Shown here piece by piece: positions 1 to 11,365 of a stretch of DNA of 64,000 nt; the stretch's first letter is position 1, and each line of letters starts with the position of its first letter. Made by a program: the position numbers and the translations under genes. The stretch is taken from the NCBI RefSeq assembly GCF_040938485.1, contig NW_027271411.1, positions 496,001 to 560,000 on the forward strand, written 5' to 3'. The DNA is from Diadema antillarum (Eukaryota). The notes under the pieces are model-generated. The model made no database searches, was not told where the DNA came from, and worked only from the letters and a program-made list of their open reading frames with translations.

Positions 1-24
1 TCAAACATGGTGTACAATACAATA

Positions 25-169
25 CTGTACGAGCTGAAATTTTCGCGGTGGTTTTATTTTCGCGAATTTCGCGAATCGCCTTTGAACCGTGAAAATAACA
101 ACGCGCGAAAATGTCCTCCAAGCAGCAATTCGCGAAAATATCTGAACGCAAAAATTTCAGCTCGTACAG
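25..169. mobile_element. Tc1/mariner-type MITE
   Basis: TIRs CTGTACGAGCTGAAATTT / AAATTTCAGCTCGTACAG, both flanked by TA; internal CGCGAA repeats; no ORF. Confidence 0.75.
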
Positions 170-1955
170 TAGGATGAGAAATGCAAAGTTGAAGAGTTGT
201 GCATATTGATTCGAAGATTGTACACTGTAAAGGTTGTTTGTAATACTGGTTTTTGTGTGCCAAATCTGTAAAAATTTGGCGTGGACTACAGTATAAGTAT
301 TTTGAACACGACAGAAAGAAAGGACATGTAGGTTTGTTTACCAAAGAGTGGCTATTGTTAAGGAGGCCAGGAAGTCACATGTCATACTATCTGAACCAGG
401 AAGCAAAAGGTCAATGGTGACTTTCATTCAATTCCATTAGAAATATATTTCTATCTTTCTTTACACTCAGCATAGCAAATATAATATTTACACAAATCAC
501 TTTCAGGACACATAAAAGCACATCACTACACATAATTCTAGTATCATAGTACACATGTACACAGATCTACAGTAGTCCAGCTAGACCATGATACAAAAAA
601 TGAAACAACATGACATTCTTTTCACTGAACTTTCCACCATTCGATCCAGTACGTGAGACGCCAATCAGTTGATGATCTCATTTCTTTTTAGAATGCATTA
701 GGAATACAGGCAGGGCACTATAGGGGTATGGTGAGGTTTTTTGTTGTTTTGATATGAGGGAGCTGTCATACAATGTACATATCACTTTGTGTTGAAAATA
801 CAACAAAACTTTGGTCAGATTTGTCGCCTGTCACCACCCCAAGACCAACATTTTTAACATTTTTCAACATCTAAATAAATTGCAAATATATTTATTTTAC
901 TCTTTTTTTAGCACTGTCAGTGTCAGGTATTGAATTTGTAATTGTACATGTAGGCCTACTGTGTGTACAGTAACATACATGTAGTAAATTTCTAGGTATC
1001 ATGAAAGATGTGGAGTCTCTGCTTTCTTAAACTGCAGTAGACAGATTCTATTCAGAGACGGCAGACAGTGTCATGTCAGATGTATCCAGAAACTGGACTC
1101 TAAAGTCTAACACTACTATAGTAGATACTATACAAGTCTCTACATAGTTCTGGACTAGATAATTTGATTCTAGTACAGTAGTAGTATTTACACTCAGTAG
1201 ACAGCAGGTTCTAGACTTCTCTGGTCTAGACTTTCTACTGGACTCTAGATCTACGTGTAGATTCTTCTTCTTCTTCCTGTACTGTGCAGAACCTCCTGAG
1301 ATTATTGTACTCGCACCCTTGGTGGGCTCTCCTACGTGACACTTAAACATGAGACTCAAGGCATAAAAGTACACAAAAAATATAAACATAGGCTATTTCT
1401 TTTTAAAAAAAAGTTGTTAAAATCATTCTGTTCTGCCCTGAGTAGCTAGTTGAAAGTGACATCTTTGATCTTTGATCTAGATGTCAAGTGATGTCAAGTT
1501 CACTACATCTTGAGGCAGGTGGTTCCACAGGCGGATGGTGTCTGGGAAAAACATCCCTCTCAGTAGTGATACATTTTGTACATATGTAGATTCTGGGAAT
1601 GATAAACCTCTTGTGTCCGCTAGTTTGAGTGCTGAGTGGAATCAATTAATCATCACATCAGGGATCATGTCAATGAGATTGTTGGCAATGTGGTTTTGGT
1701 TTCCCCGGTGTTTGAGAGAGTCCCACTTCAGCTGCTCTAGCGTGGTGTGGTAGTAACACTGCTTTCTCGCGAGTAGTGTACAAAGCAGACAGCACTGCAT
1801 TGGATTGATTCGACCTTGGTTTTGTTCCTCTTTGTACGAGGGTCCCAAACACAGCCGGTGTACTCCACAATAGTCAGACAAGACTGTTGTAACAATTGTC
1901 TTGATGGCAGATGGGCACTTGCTAAAGGGATGGGACTCATTCCTTTGTTGGTGAT

Positions 1956-3618
1956 CAGTCCGGGAAACCCGCTCATGAGGACCGCCCCCGCGTACGAGGA
2001 TGGTCCCTCCTCATGAGGACCTCCCCCCGCCTCATGAGGCCCCCCGGGGAACGCCTCATGAGGCCCCGCATTCACTTCTTATTCATCTCACATCTGACGT
2101 ATAAATTGTCGCAACTTTGCACGGTGATTTTTTGTTACACACACATGTCCACTATCCATGATGAAAAGAAGAAAAAATCCTGTCTGTTTTTTTTTTTTTA
2201 AATCGAGTTTTAATCACCCGATGCAGAGCGCCCATCAAAACACGGGCGCCAGCGCGTTCGCACAATGCAAGACTGCCGCACCTAGCGGCCTGATCCGACT
2301 AAATATTTTCGATGCTTTTTTCTGCGGCTCTCACCTCTCCGTGCACGAATCAGCCTCGTGAAGCTGAAGTCTGACATCTTTTTACACAAATTCGTAACGA
2401 GAAAAATTAAATCAGTACTAACCTGATCTTGTCCATATATTCCAAATTACTATTCCACACTGATAGAGTAGGTGGGTAGATGACATACTCCAGTTTGTTA
2501 GCAAAATAATCACTTTGTAGGTATGACGAGTTCACTTTCTTCGTCAATTCCGCCCACGATTCCGCCGCCCGCTTGCGTGTTTTTTTTAGACGGCACAGAT
2601 TGGGGAAACTAAAAATCTATCGGGGACCCTATCTCTAAACCTAACCCTAATCCTAATCCTAACCCTAACCATCAAACCCTAACCCTAACCCTAACCCTAA
2701 CCCTAACCCCAACCCTAACCCTAACCATAACCATAACCAAAAACCCTAACCCAACGTTTTTCCCATAGGTTTAACACGCGACATGCCCCAATCTGTGCCG
2801 TCTTAAAAAAAAACGCCGCCCGCTTACCGTTTGGGCGCTTTCTCTGGAATCATCCCGCGACGTGAGGTACGTCGCATCACATCACGCATCCAGCACATAC
2901 CAGTCTGGTACTTAGTATGTGCTGGATGCGTGATGTGATGCGACGTACGTCGCGTCGCGGGATGATTCCAGAAAAAGTGCCCAAACGGCGGAATCGTGGG
3001 CGGAATTGACGAAGAAAGTGAACTCGTCATACCTACAAAGTGATTATTTTGCTAACAAACTGGAGTATGTCATCTACCCACCTACTCTATCAGTGTGGAA
3101 TAGTAATTTGGAATATATGGACAAGATCAGGTTAGTACTGATTTAATTTTTCTCGTTACGAATTTGTGTAAAAAGATGTCAGACTTCAGCTTCACGAGGC
3201 TGATTCGTGCGCGGAGAGGTGAGAGCCGCAGAAAAAAGCATCGAAAATATTTAGTCGGATCAGGCCGCTAGGTGCGGCAGTCTTGCATTGTGCGAACGCG
3301 CTGGCGCCCGTGTTTTGATGGGCACTCTGCATCGGGTGATTAAAACTCGATTTAAAAAAAAAAAAACAGACAGGATTTTTTCTTCTTTTCATCATGGATA
3401 GTGGACATGTGTGTGTAACAAAAAATCACCGTGCAAAGTTGCGACAATTTATACGTCAGATGTGAGATGAATAAGAAGTGAATGGGGGGCCTCATGAGGC
3501 GTTCCCCGGGGGGCCTCATGAGGCGGGGGGAGGTCCTCATGAGGCGGGGGGAGGTCCTCATGAGGAGGGACCATCCTCGTACGCGGGGGCGGTCCTCATG
3601 AACGGGTTTCCCGGACTG
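1956..3618. mobile_element. Non-autonomous fold-back DNA transposon (near-perfect palindrome), Academ-like by termini and TSD
   Basis: Termini CAGTCCGGGAAACCCG / CGGGTTTCCCGGACTG, 4-bp TSD TGAT (1952-1955, 3619-3622). Arms are reverse complements up to a 14-nt loop at 2901-2914; the mirrored ORF pairs 2158-2361/3192-3395 confirm the symmetry. The superfamily is an inference. Confidence 0.85.
2575..2816. mobile_element. MITE containing (TAACCC)n telomere-type repeats, 9-bp TSD (MuDR-like by TSD)
   Basis: ~30-bp TIRs GCGT-T(n)-AGACGGCACAGATTGGGG / CCCCAATCTGTGCCGTCTT-A(n)-CGC; direct repeat CGCCCGCTT at 2566-2574 and 2817-2825; degenerate CCCTAA array at ~2635-2752. Confidence 0.75.
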
Positions 3619-4781
3619 TGATACAGTCTATTCTAGTAAAACTGTATGTTACTCTAATTTAATTTAATACCCATCTGGGGTTTCACATACAGACTAACAT
3701 ACCTGTCACAATTAACATTATGATTTAAAGAGTAGGAACTCCTAAATGAAGTAAAACCACCAAAAGACAATGTCGCAATGATCAAATTAGCATGTTTATG
3801 TGGGGGGGGGGGGTAACGAATTACAGATTGTAATTTAAGCTGGTCAGTGGTAAATTTAAGTGTTCATAGCTGTTAAGTGTTATGTTTATACAGAATTTAT
3901 GCTGCATTTGACTTGGCTTCCTCTTTTTTTATCGTCTATTCAGAGTCTACTGTCTACTGTAACAGGTTACTGACAATGACTGACTGCCGTCCACTGGCAC
4001 TGACGGTCGAGAAGTAGACAATAAGACCATGAAGAGTAAATTTTATTCAGACTAATTTATATAGGACCTAGTTCTACTACATGTAGAATCTATCACTTCA
4101 AGACAACTCTAGAACTATCATTAATTTAAATTTACTTACATTTCGTTGATTGTCATCGGAGGCCTCACAATTCACATGTGACAAAGACGTCAGGAAAAGG
4201 AAAATTAGGACGAAAAACGTGGCGCACATTTCGCGATGAATTTTGATAGACATGACGAGCCCTGCTTTTTAGGTTCTTGTGTGCAAGTAGACGTGCTGTC
4301 ACGTATTTCCGACTGCGATTAATGTGATTCCCAGTAGTTCAGAACTGATGTACGTCAGTTCAAGTCACTCGTAGCTCTTCCTCTGCGTCGTGCATGCTAC
4401 CTCTTCCATCCATTCACCCGTGAGCACAGTAGTGAGTGTGTCGTTTCGAGTTCATGTACACATACTTGAGTACACATGATCATGTGACGGGATTGATTTG
4501 AGTAACGTGACCTCCAGCCGACATGCAGCTGTGTTTTGAGTCCATCGCAAGCGCCGTCGACCTCTAGATCTCAAGAGGGCGCGCTCATTCTTTTCACACC
4601 GTAAATACTTTTAGTACGGTTTTTTTTTTTTTTTCTGTACTCGTCGAAAAGATTTTTCTTACCACCTTTTGTTACTGAGGAAAAACTCTTTGGTACTCGT
4701 ACAGTGTTTTTGCGTACCAAAGAGTATATTCCAATAACCATACTCTTTGGTGTATACAGACTCTAGTAAGCTAGCTCTTGA

Positions 4782-7220
4782 GGCCCAAAACCACTATTTC
4801 GGCGCAATTGGTCAAAAATCGTGTCGCTTATGTTCCTTCTCACCTAGGAGGGATAAAAAGCTCTTTCAAAATGCTCCGGTGATTTTATGTGATGCCAAGG
4901 GACATATAGACAAAAACTGAAATCATTTCGAAGGCGAGATTGTACCACTAAGCCATCGGTGGAGGGTTAAGTTCGGCCAACAGGCTCAAAAGTGCATGTC
5001 GCCAACGATGATTTTTTATGTTTTCTCAACTTTGTGGGAAAATGTGAGCATAAAGAAGAAGCTTACTCACAGTTTCAGAAAAGTAGCCGAAAGTTCTATG
5101 AAAACCTATCACAACTTTACAAGCTTATCATTCTTTAACAACAAACTACCTGATGGAAATGTGTCGCCAGATCTGCTGAAACATACGTTACCATCCTTTT
5201 GTACTGCAAACTTGGTAACGCTATTACAGTGAATGCTACACAATTGTATTGTTTTTCTGACCAAAAGGGGTCTAAGTTTATGTTAAAAAATATTTCATCA
5301 CTCAGCTTCAAAAGACATGCGACTGCTAATCTCGCAAATATAGATTTTAAAAAGGTAGATTTAAGAGAAGTAACATACGTTACCATCTTTGTAAAAAGTA
5401 TGAAGGTGCATGGCTCTGAATGATTGTTCTAAAGTTGAGACTTATGGAGTAGATTGTCCTCATACCCATGGGTGGCAAAAGATTCATCATTATGTTGATA
5501 ACTTATACGATTTAATCCACAAGTGTAACATACGTGATGTAACTTACGTTACCACCAAATGACAGAAAGCTTAATTACACCATTAATTACCACCTAAATG
5601 TATATTTCTCGAATCTGTGCCGTCGATTTGAGGCCATGGGATAGCTCAGCAACCTCTTTTACTGGCATCTTGAGCATTGGCAGGGCGCAAAATACCTTTA
5701 CATGATGTGTTGAAAAACTGAGTAAGTGTTTGATTGTTGGAAATGTGTTGTTGTTTTTCATAGAATCATGCTTTACTTCTGTTTATTGTGTGTTTATTAA
5801 GTCAGTAGGTTTCACCGTAAAAATCCAGTAATTACTTTGCTGTACAGGCTTATTCTTTTGAAATAAATCACTCAATCTATTAAGTAACGTATGTTTCAAA
5901 TTTTGGTAACGTAAGTTTCAAGATGTTGTCATGTTAATAACAGACAATCTACGGAAAATCCCATTTAATCTGAGACAATTTAATTGCTGCAGTTATGATG
6001 TTGATGAATTTCTACGTCAAAACATATCAAATTCATTTACAGTTGTATGTTCTTGTTTGTTTGGAGGATGCAGTAAAAGGGGACATAATCATAGTATCTT
6101 TAAAAAAATCGTTTGGTGGGCGTTGATGTTCAACTTGGCTTTAATGATGTCATATTTCAGGTATAAGCAATGAATTTAACATTGTTTTAAGAAAATTCAA
6201 TGCATAGCTAATAAGATTATAGATTACAAAGATCTCTAATTCAAAACTAGTGGACCAGGTCCCTGCATTAATGTAGTAACGTAAGTTTCTAGTTTTGGTA
6301 ACGTAAGTTTCATCAATTCATGTCATTGAAAAAGGATATTTTAGAGAATGTGCGTGGATAAAAATAACATTTAATTGTTCTAGAACTATATTGTTGAAGG
6401 AATTCTGTAGGGAAATACGTCTTTTCTATTATATTTATCTTTGGTTATCATAAACCAATATGGTGACTTACTCCCTGACTATTTTTAATGGAGAAAATAA
6501 ACTCAAATTTCTGTCGTAATGTCGTTGATGATCTCAAAGTGAAGAAACACACATTTTGAACGAAGAAAAGGCAACAAAAATACAGTGCGTTAGAGAAATG
6601 TAATTTCAACTACATTGTATTACTGTTACCATCATAGATCAGGCCTACATGATAATAATAATGATAATGATAATAGTAATTATAGTAATATATGTTTCAG
6701 TAAGCTATATGTTTAAGACATTAACATTTTTTGTTCTTCCTTCTCGTTGAAGTTATACAGTTGCAATGGGGAAGAGCAGTGCTAGGATTAAAACCCCATA
6801 TATAGGGAACGTGTTAGCTGTAATCAGAATGGCAAAAAAGCATATCTCTAAGCAAAGATTCAAGAAAAAAAAAACTTATGCCCGTCTCATAGTTAACAAA
6901 GAAAAGAAGCAAAGTTACACATCTTTTTTTTTTTACCCTACCACATCAGGGTAATTATAGGGGAGGGGGTTCAGGCTCCCTCGCCCCTTTGCCAGCAGTC
7001 AAAATATAAACAAAAGGAAATAAAAAGAAAAAAATGAATCGCGGACTCACCCTCCCCCGTTTGAAATAAAACAAACAAACAAACAAACATGAAATTGGGC
7101 TTGTACTGGCAGCATCGAATTGAGCTGAAGCCTTTTTTTTTTTACATTTCTTCAATTTTCTTTTCTTTCTTTCTTTTTCTTGCTTGTCAGTCGATGAAAC
7201 CCGGCAAAAGAAATGAAACC

Positions 7221-7252
<32 letters not shown>

Positions 7253-9030
7253 CGGGAGCTTTTTATTTTTCTGCCCGTCAGGAGATTAATACTGGAAGTG
7301 GTCGACTTTTTCTAACTCCTGACCCCATCCCCCACCCCATAAAAATCCTACTTACGGGCCTGCATGCCAATCATTATCAGTACCTTTGTTGTGCATGCAT
7401 AGCAACTTGTCCTTTCACTTTTCTTTTTAAAGATTCAAAACATTTTTCCTGGAGACAATTTCAAGATACGGCAAGAATTATTAATGCAAGACTTGTTATT
7501 CTTGTTATCCTTGTGGATTATATATACTGTTTTATGCATACATAACAAGGAAAATCGAGTACATCATTTTACTAATGACAATTTCATTCATCCTACCCAG
7601 TATTGTGCTAATGAAACTGTGTAAGTTGACGTTATTTCATGGACCTCATTTTGCCAAAGTCAACTTAGTAAAGTGGTCATTTATTTAGTTAACAAAGAAC
7701 ATTTCTCGGTTCCTTCTTTCCCTATCTCTCCTTTACCGAGTTCAGACATTTTAAATACAAGCAATACGGCGTTATTGTTCATTATGAAGCACTTTAACAG
7801 AGTAATCATCTCGTTTCTGCCGTTTCTTGTTTCATACAAGTGTTAAAAATTTTGTGAATACTATTTTATTGCAATTGCTATTTTCAAACTGTTCCTGCAT
7901 AGAGTAACTGTTGCGACAGCTGATGAGTCTGCAAAGTTATGGATTCGAAACATATCTTTCAACAGCATGAAGATAACAAGTTACAAGACATCAATATGAA
8001 GATAACAAGTCACAAGACATCAAGCATACGAAAACTTTCATTATGATAAAATTAAAGTGAAACCTACGTTACCCACCACTCGTTTTATATTACACGTACA
8101 TCATGACAATATTTTCGTCCGTGAAGGCACGAAACAGCATGTTCCCAACTCTTATCATTTCAATGCCATAAATTCATAAGTATGAAGCCAATTGTCTTCA
8201 AAATATCAACAGTTACGGATTACTGTTCTACTGAAGAGTTTATACGAGGACATGTTATAAAGTCTTGCAGTTTTACAACTATTTTAATTGTTATTTTTGA
8301 GAATTGTATCGCCATAATATTGCGACATCGTGTTATAATATTCGTTCACTTAGAGTTGAAGAGAAATTAGTGTAAGAATATATACAAAAACCAAAAAGAA
8401 AATGTTCCAAAATTTGCTGCACATGTAGTAGTATTGTCTTTGTAACTTACGTTACATTAACGTGAAACATACGTTACGTGGAATCTAACGATTATACTTT
8501 TGCGCATATAGTTTCACATGTTTCATCGATGATACTCAAGAATTACCTGGCAATTTGGGACTGATAAATGGTGAAAAATATTTTCTGAAGAAAGTCTGAT
8601 GTCAAATTATAGAGAAAACAAATTAACATTACCTGTCTAAGGTTTAACACAATATATATAGGACATGCTGTGTTCAGTATAGCATACAGGTCATTTGCCA
8701 TCCTTCCCATCTGCAGGCAGCATTTACAAACATGGCAGCCGATGGTATACTTCACATCTGACGCATAATTATCTCAATCATAGAATGTAGTCACCAATCT
8801 TAATGCATTTGAAATAGAATGACATAGTAACGTATGTTACATGATGAAATTTACGCCCCATGGAAGAAATTATCGCACCTTTAAAATAAAGCAAACTATG
8901 TGTTCATATTTTTCAACTACAAACTTGAATATTTGTCTCGTGGATTGGTATAAAAATGAAACCTATTCTAACAACTTTAATTTTCCCGTTTTGTGATTGT
9001 CCAATTGTGCCGAAATAGTGGTTTGGGGCC
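4782..9030. mobile_element. Degenerate 4.2-kb TIR DNA transposon (Zator-like by GG termini and TIR length)
   Basis: 30-bp TIRs GGCCCAAAACCACTATTTCGGCGCAATTGG (4782-4811) and its reverse complement at 9001-9030 (28/30). Flanks TGA/AAA are each one change from TAA. No intact transposase ORF seen. Confidence 0.65.
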
Positions 9031-9183
9031 AAAGAGCCATCTATTTTTTTAAATACATACATCTATCTATTCTATTCATCCACTCATCCCTAAATCTATC
9101 TATGCATGTATCTATTATCTTTCAATTTATTATAATAGCATGTTTTATACACATACATTTACATACACTTTGTATAATAAATA

Positions 9184-9430
9184 GAAGAGTTTGTTCGCAA
9201 AAACCGATAAGTCCATTTTTGAAGATTTTGAAGTACGGTCTCTGTCATAAAGTACAAAATAATACCTTTTAAATGATATATTGGTTACTACATATAAAGG
9301 TACATTTTTGAAGTTATGGTCAAAAGAAGCAAAAATTGTCTTATTATTCTCTTTATTTTTCTTGATCTTTAATCGCAAATATCTCCATTTGGCAAATATG
9401 GACTTATCAGTTTTTGCAAACAAACTCTTC
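9184..9430. mobile_element. MITE, Sola1-like family (second copy at 44391-44633)
   Basis: TIR GAAGAGTTTGTTCGCAAAAACCGATAAGTCC; interior matches 44391-44633 in inverted orientation. Confidence 0.7.
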
Positions 9431-9810
9431 AATCTATTATGAAGAGTTTTATCGCAAAATGGGCCAAGCGACATTTTTACAAACAAAAACTGAAGTAAGT
9501 CCACAATAAGATAGAGAAAAAAAAACTTTCGAATGACACCTTGCGAGATAACAACAAATATTTTCGAAATTCTGATTTCAAATATCCTGTATTTTCTTAT
9601 CAGGGCATACTGTTTGTTTGTTTGTTTGTTTGTTTTCAGCAGCCTCAATTGCAAATACCTCAACTGAACAGGCCTGGTCGGAGTAACTAAGTAGCTCATT
9701 TTGCGATAATAAGATATTATACTTAAAGATGACAATGGTCGTTCAACGATTCGATAAATCTTCACATAACTTATTGTACCGGTATATGACCAGGTATATT
9801 TAATAGACAG

Positions 9811-9813
<3 letters not shown>

Positions 9814-9853
<40 letters not shown>
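9814..9853. repeat. (CA)n microsatellite
   Basis: Direct reading. Confidence 0.95.
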
Positions 9854-9856
<3 letters not shown>

Positions 9857-10274
9857 ATAAAGTAAGATTACCCTGAGTTTTCAGAGTCATACGGGAAAAG
9901 GCAGCTCGTTGTTCACGTGACTAGCATCCGACGAATTATTATAAACCCAAGAGAAATATCCGACAGAAACTGTGTTTTTCATTCCATTGTAAGACTGTTA
10001 TTTGCTCTGTATGAAATAATGGAAAATATGGGCAAGAACATAACAATGTTTTGACGAGCAAGCATAGTCACGATTAATATAAACAGTAGTTTAATGTTTT
10101 AACATTGCAATCATCAAGTTCATCAGGGGCATCCTGATATAATCAAGCCACCTCGCTTTCTATGTAAGATTCAAATTGAGGGTCTACAGATGGATATGAA
10201 TAATTTGATGCATTGATATTGTTAATATACCTCCGGCATTCCACTCTATTCATAGACAGTAGTTGGGGTTTTTT

Positions 10275-10279
<5 letters not shown>

Positions 10280-10320
<41 letters not shown>
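10280..10320. repeat. (CT)n microsatellite
   Basis: Direct reading. Confidence 0.95.
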
Positions 10321-10322
<2 letters not shown>

Positions 10323-10387
10323 GCTGCCCATGACAACCCAAACGCCATAGGGTTGTCAAATCTAACAACTGTTGCATATTCAATAAA

Positions 10388-10676
10388 CGGTTACAGCTCG
10401 TTATTCCGAAGGTTCGTTATTCCGAAGGCTCTTCAGTCTGAAGATTCCTTATTCCGAATGTTCGTTTTTCCGAATTTCATTTTCGGATGAACAAATCTTC
10501 CGAATAACGAACCTTTGGAATAACGCCACAAATGTTCGGATTAACGAACCCTTTTTCATTTTCGGATTAACGAACCTCTAGGTGTAGGGAATTTGCATGT
10601 TTCCGATTAACGAACCTTCGGAATAACGAACCTTCGGAATATCGAACCTTCGGAATATTACAATGTACAGCACCCT
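10388..10676. mobile_element. MITE with inverted arrays of a 15-bp unit (TTCGTTATTCCGAAG)
   Basis: Repeated GTTCGTTATTCCGAAG on the left and CTTCGGAATAACGAAC on the right; flanked by an AATAAAC direct repeat. Confidence 0.6.
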
Positions 10677-11353
10677 AATAAACGCGTCTATCAATTCCAA
10701 AAGAAAACGACAGTTACATGTTTGCCTTGTACACGCGCGTACAGTTGTATTTGTTGTCTTGGTTAGCTGAATAAACTAAAACAATAGGCCTAGTAGGCCT
10801 TGATTTGACTGTTGGGAAGAAAATCCTAGTCTTTTGTTGTCGTTGTTGTTGTCGTTAAACAAATTATTTTATATCTTTTCACCAATGTCATAATCCTTAC
10901 ACTCTGATGAATCATTTCACCAAACGTAGATCACAATCCATCTTCAGCTTTGCTTTTGTTTTGTTTTGTTTCTTTTACTGACAAACAATCCCTTTTCAAT
11001 ATACATTCATATGTGTTGTGCAAAATATTAAATCTACAGTATCTCAATAACAGAACGTACCTTTTAATACTCACTTTCATTCATTCTATCCATTGATTGA
11101 AGTTTATCAATTTTAAAAAAAGAAGAAGAAGAAGAAAAAAAAAAAACCCGCCCAGCAGCTACTTTACTCCCCTGTGCCCCTTTTCCGCCCGCCACCGGCC
11201 CACCCGGAGCACCGGCCCCACTGGACAGTACCCCCTCCCCCCCCCCCCCCCCCCCCTCAACAACAACAACAAAAAAAAAAGTTGAAATATTGATCGGTCG
11301 AAATGTGTTTTTCATTATCGATCATTCGAGCGTGCAGCAGCAGCTTGGCGAGT

Positions 11354-11365
11354 AAAATGGCGGCG
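11354..11365 (+). promoter_or_regulatory. YY1-type motif overlapping the NDUFA13 start codon
   Basis: AAAATGGCGGCG matches the established YY1 consensus (AANATGGCGGC). Confidence 0.45.

Larger units (their letters stand above)
1490..3700 (-). mobile_element. Degenerate LINE (CR1/L2-group-like) 3' RT fragment, split by the insertion at 1956-3618
   Basis: Frameshifted minus-strand remnants of the typical post-RT region: IDCITNKG (spans the insertion), KCPSAIKT..YNSLV, IVEYTGCVWDPRTKRNKTKVESIQ, SRESSVTT, LEQLKWDSLKHR, FFPDTIRLWNHLPQDVV. Confidence 0.75.

Noticed and set aside
342-390. Possible 49-nt minus-strand exon (AG...GTAAAC) of a gene running off the window
   Set aside because: Splice signals are plausible but there are no partner exons or homology to support it.
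1048-1389. 113-aa minus ORF in a CTAG/TAG-rich stretch
   Set aside because: No recognisable motif; low-complexity, probably decayed repeat.
2635-2752. True telomere or chromosome-fusion scar
   Set aside because: Short, degenerate, single orientation, and enclosed by TIRs and a TSD.
2013-3561. Paired ORFs 2013-2361 and 3192-3561 as duplicated genes
   Set aside because: They are mirror translations of the two arms of the palindromic transposon.
5612-5624. 13-nt match (AATCTGTGCCGTC) to the TIR of the telomere-repeat MITE
   Set aside because: No partner TIR, TSD or telomeric repeat nearby; it cannot be told apart from a relic or chance.
9145-9849. 234-aa minus-strand ORF
   Set aside because: Starts in a (GT)n microsatellite and runs through AT-rich MITEs; composition is non-coding.
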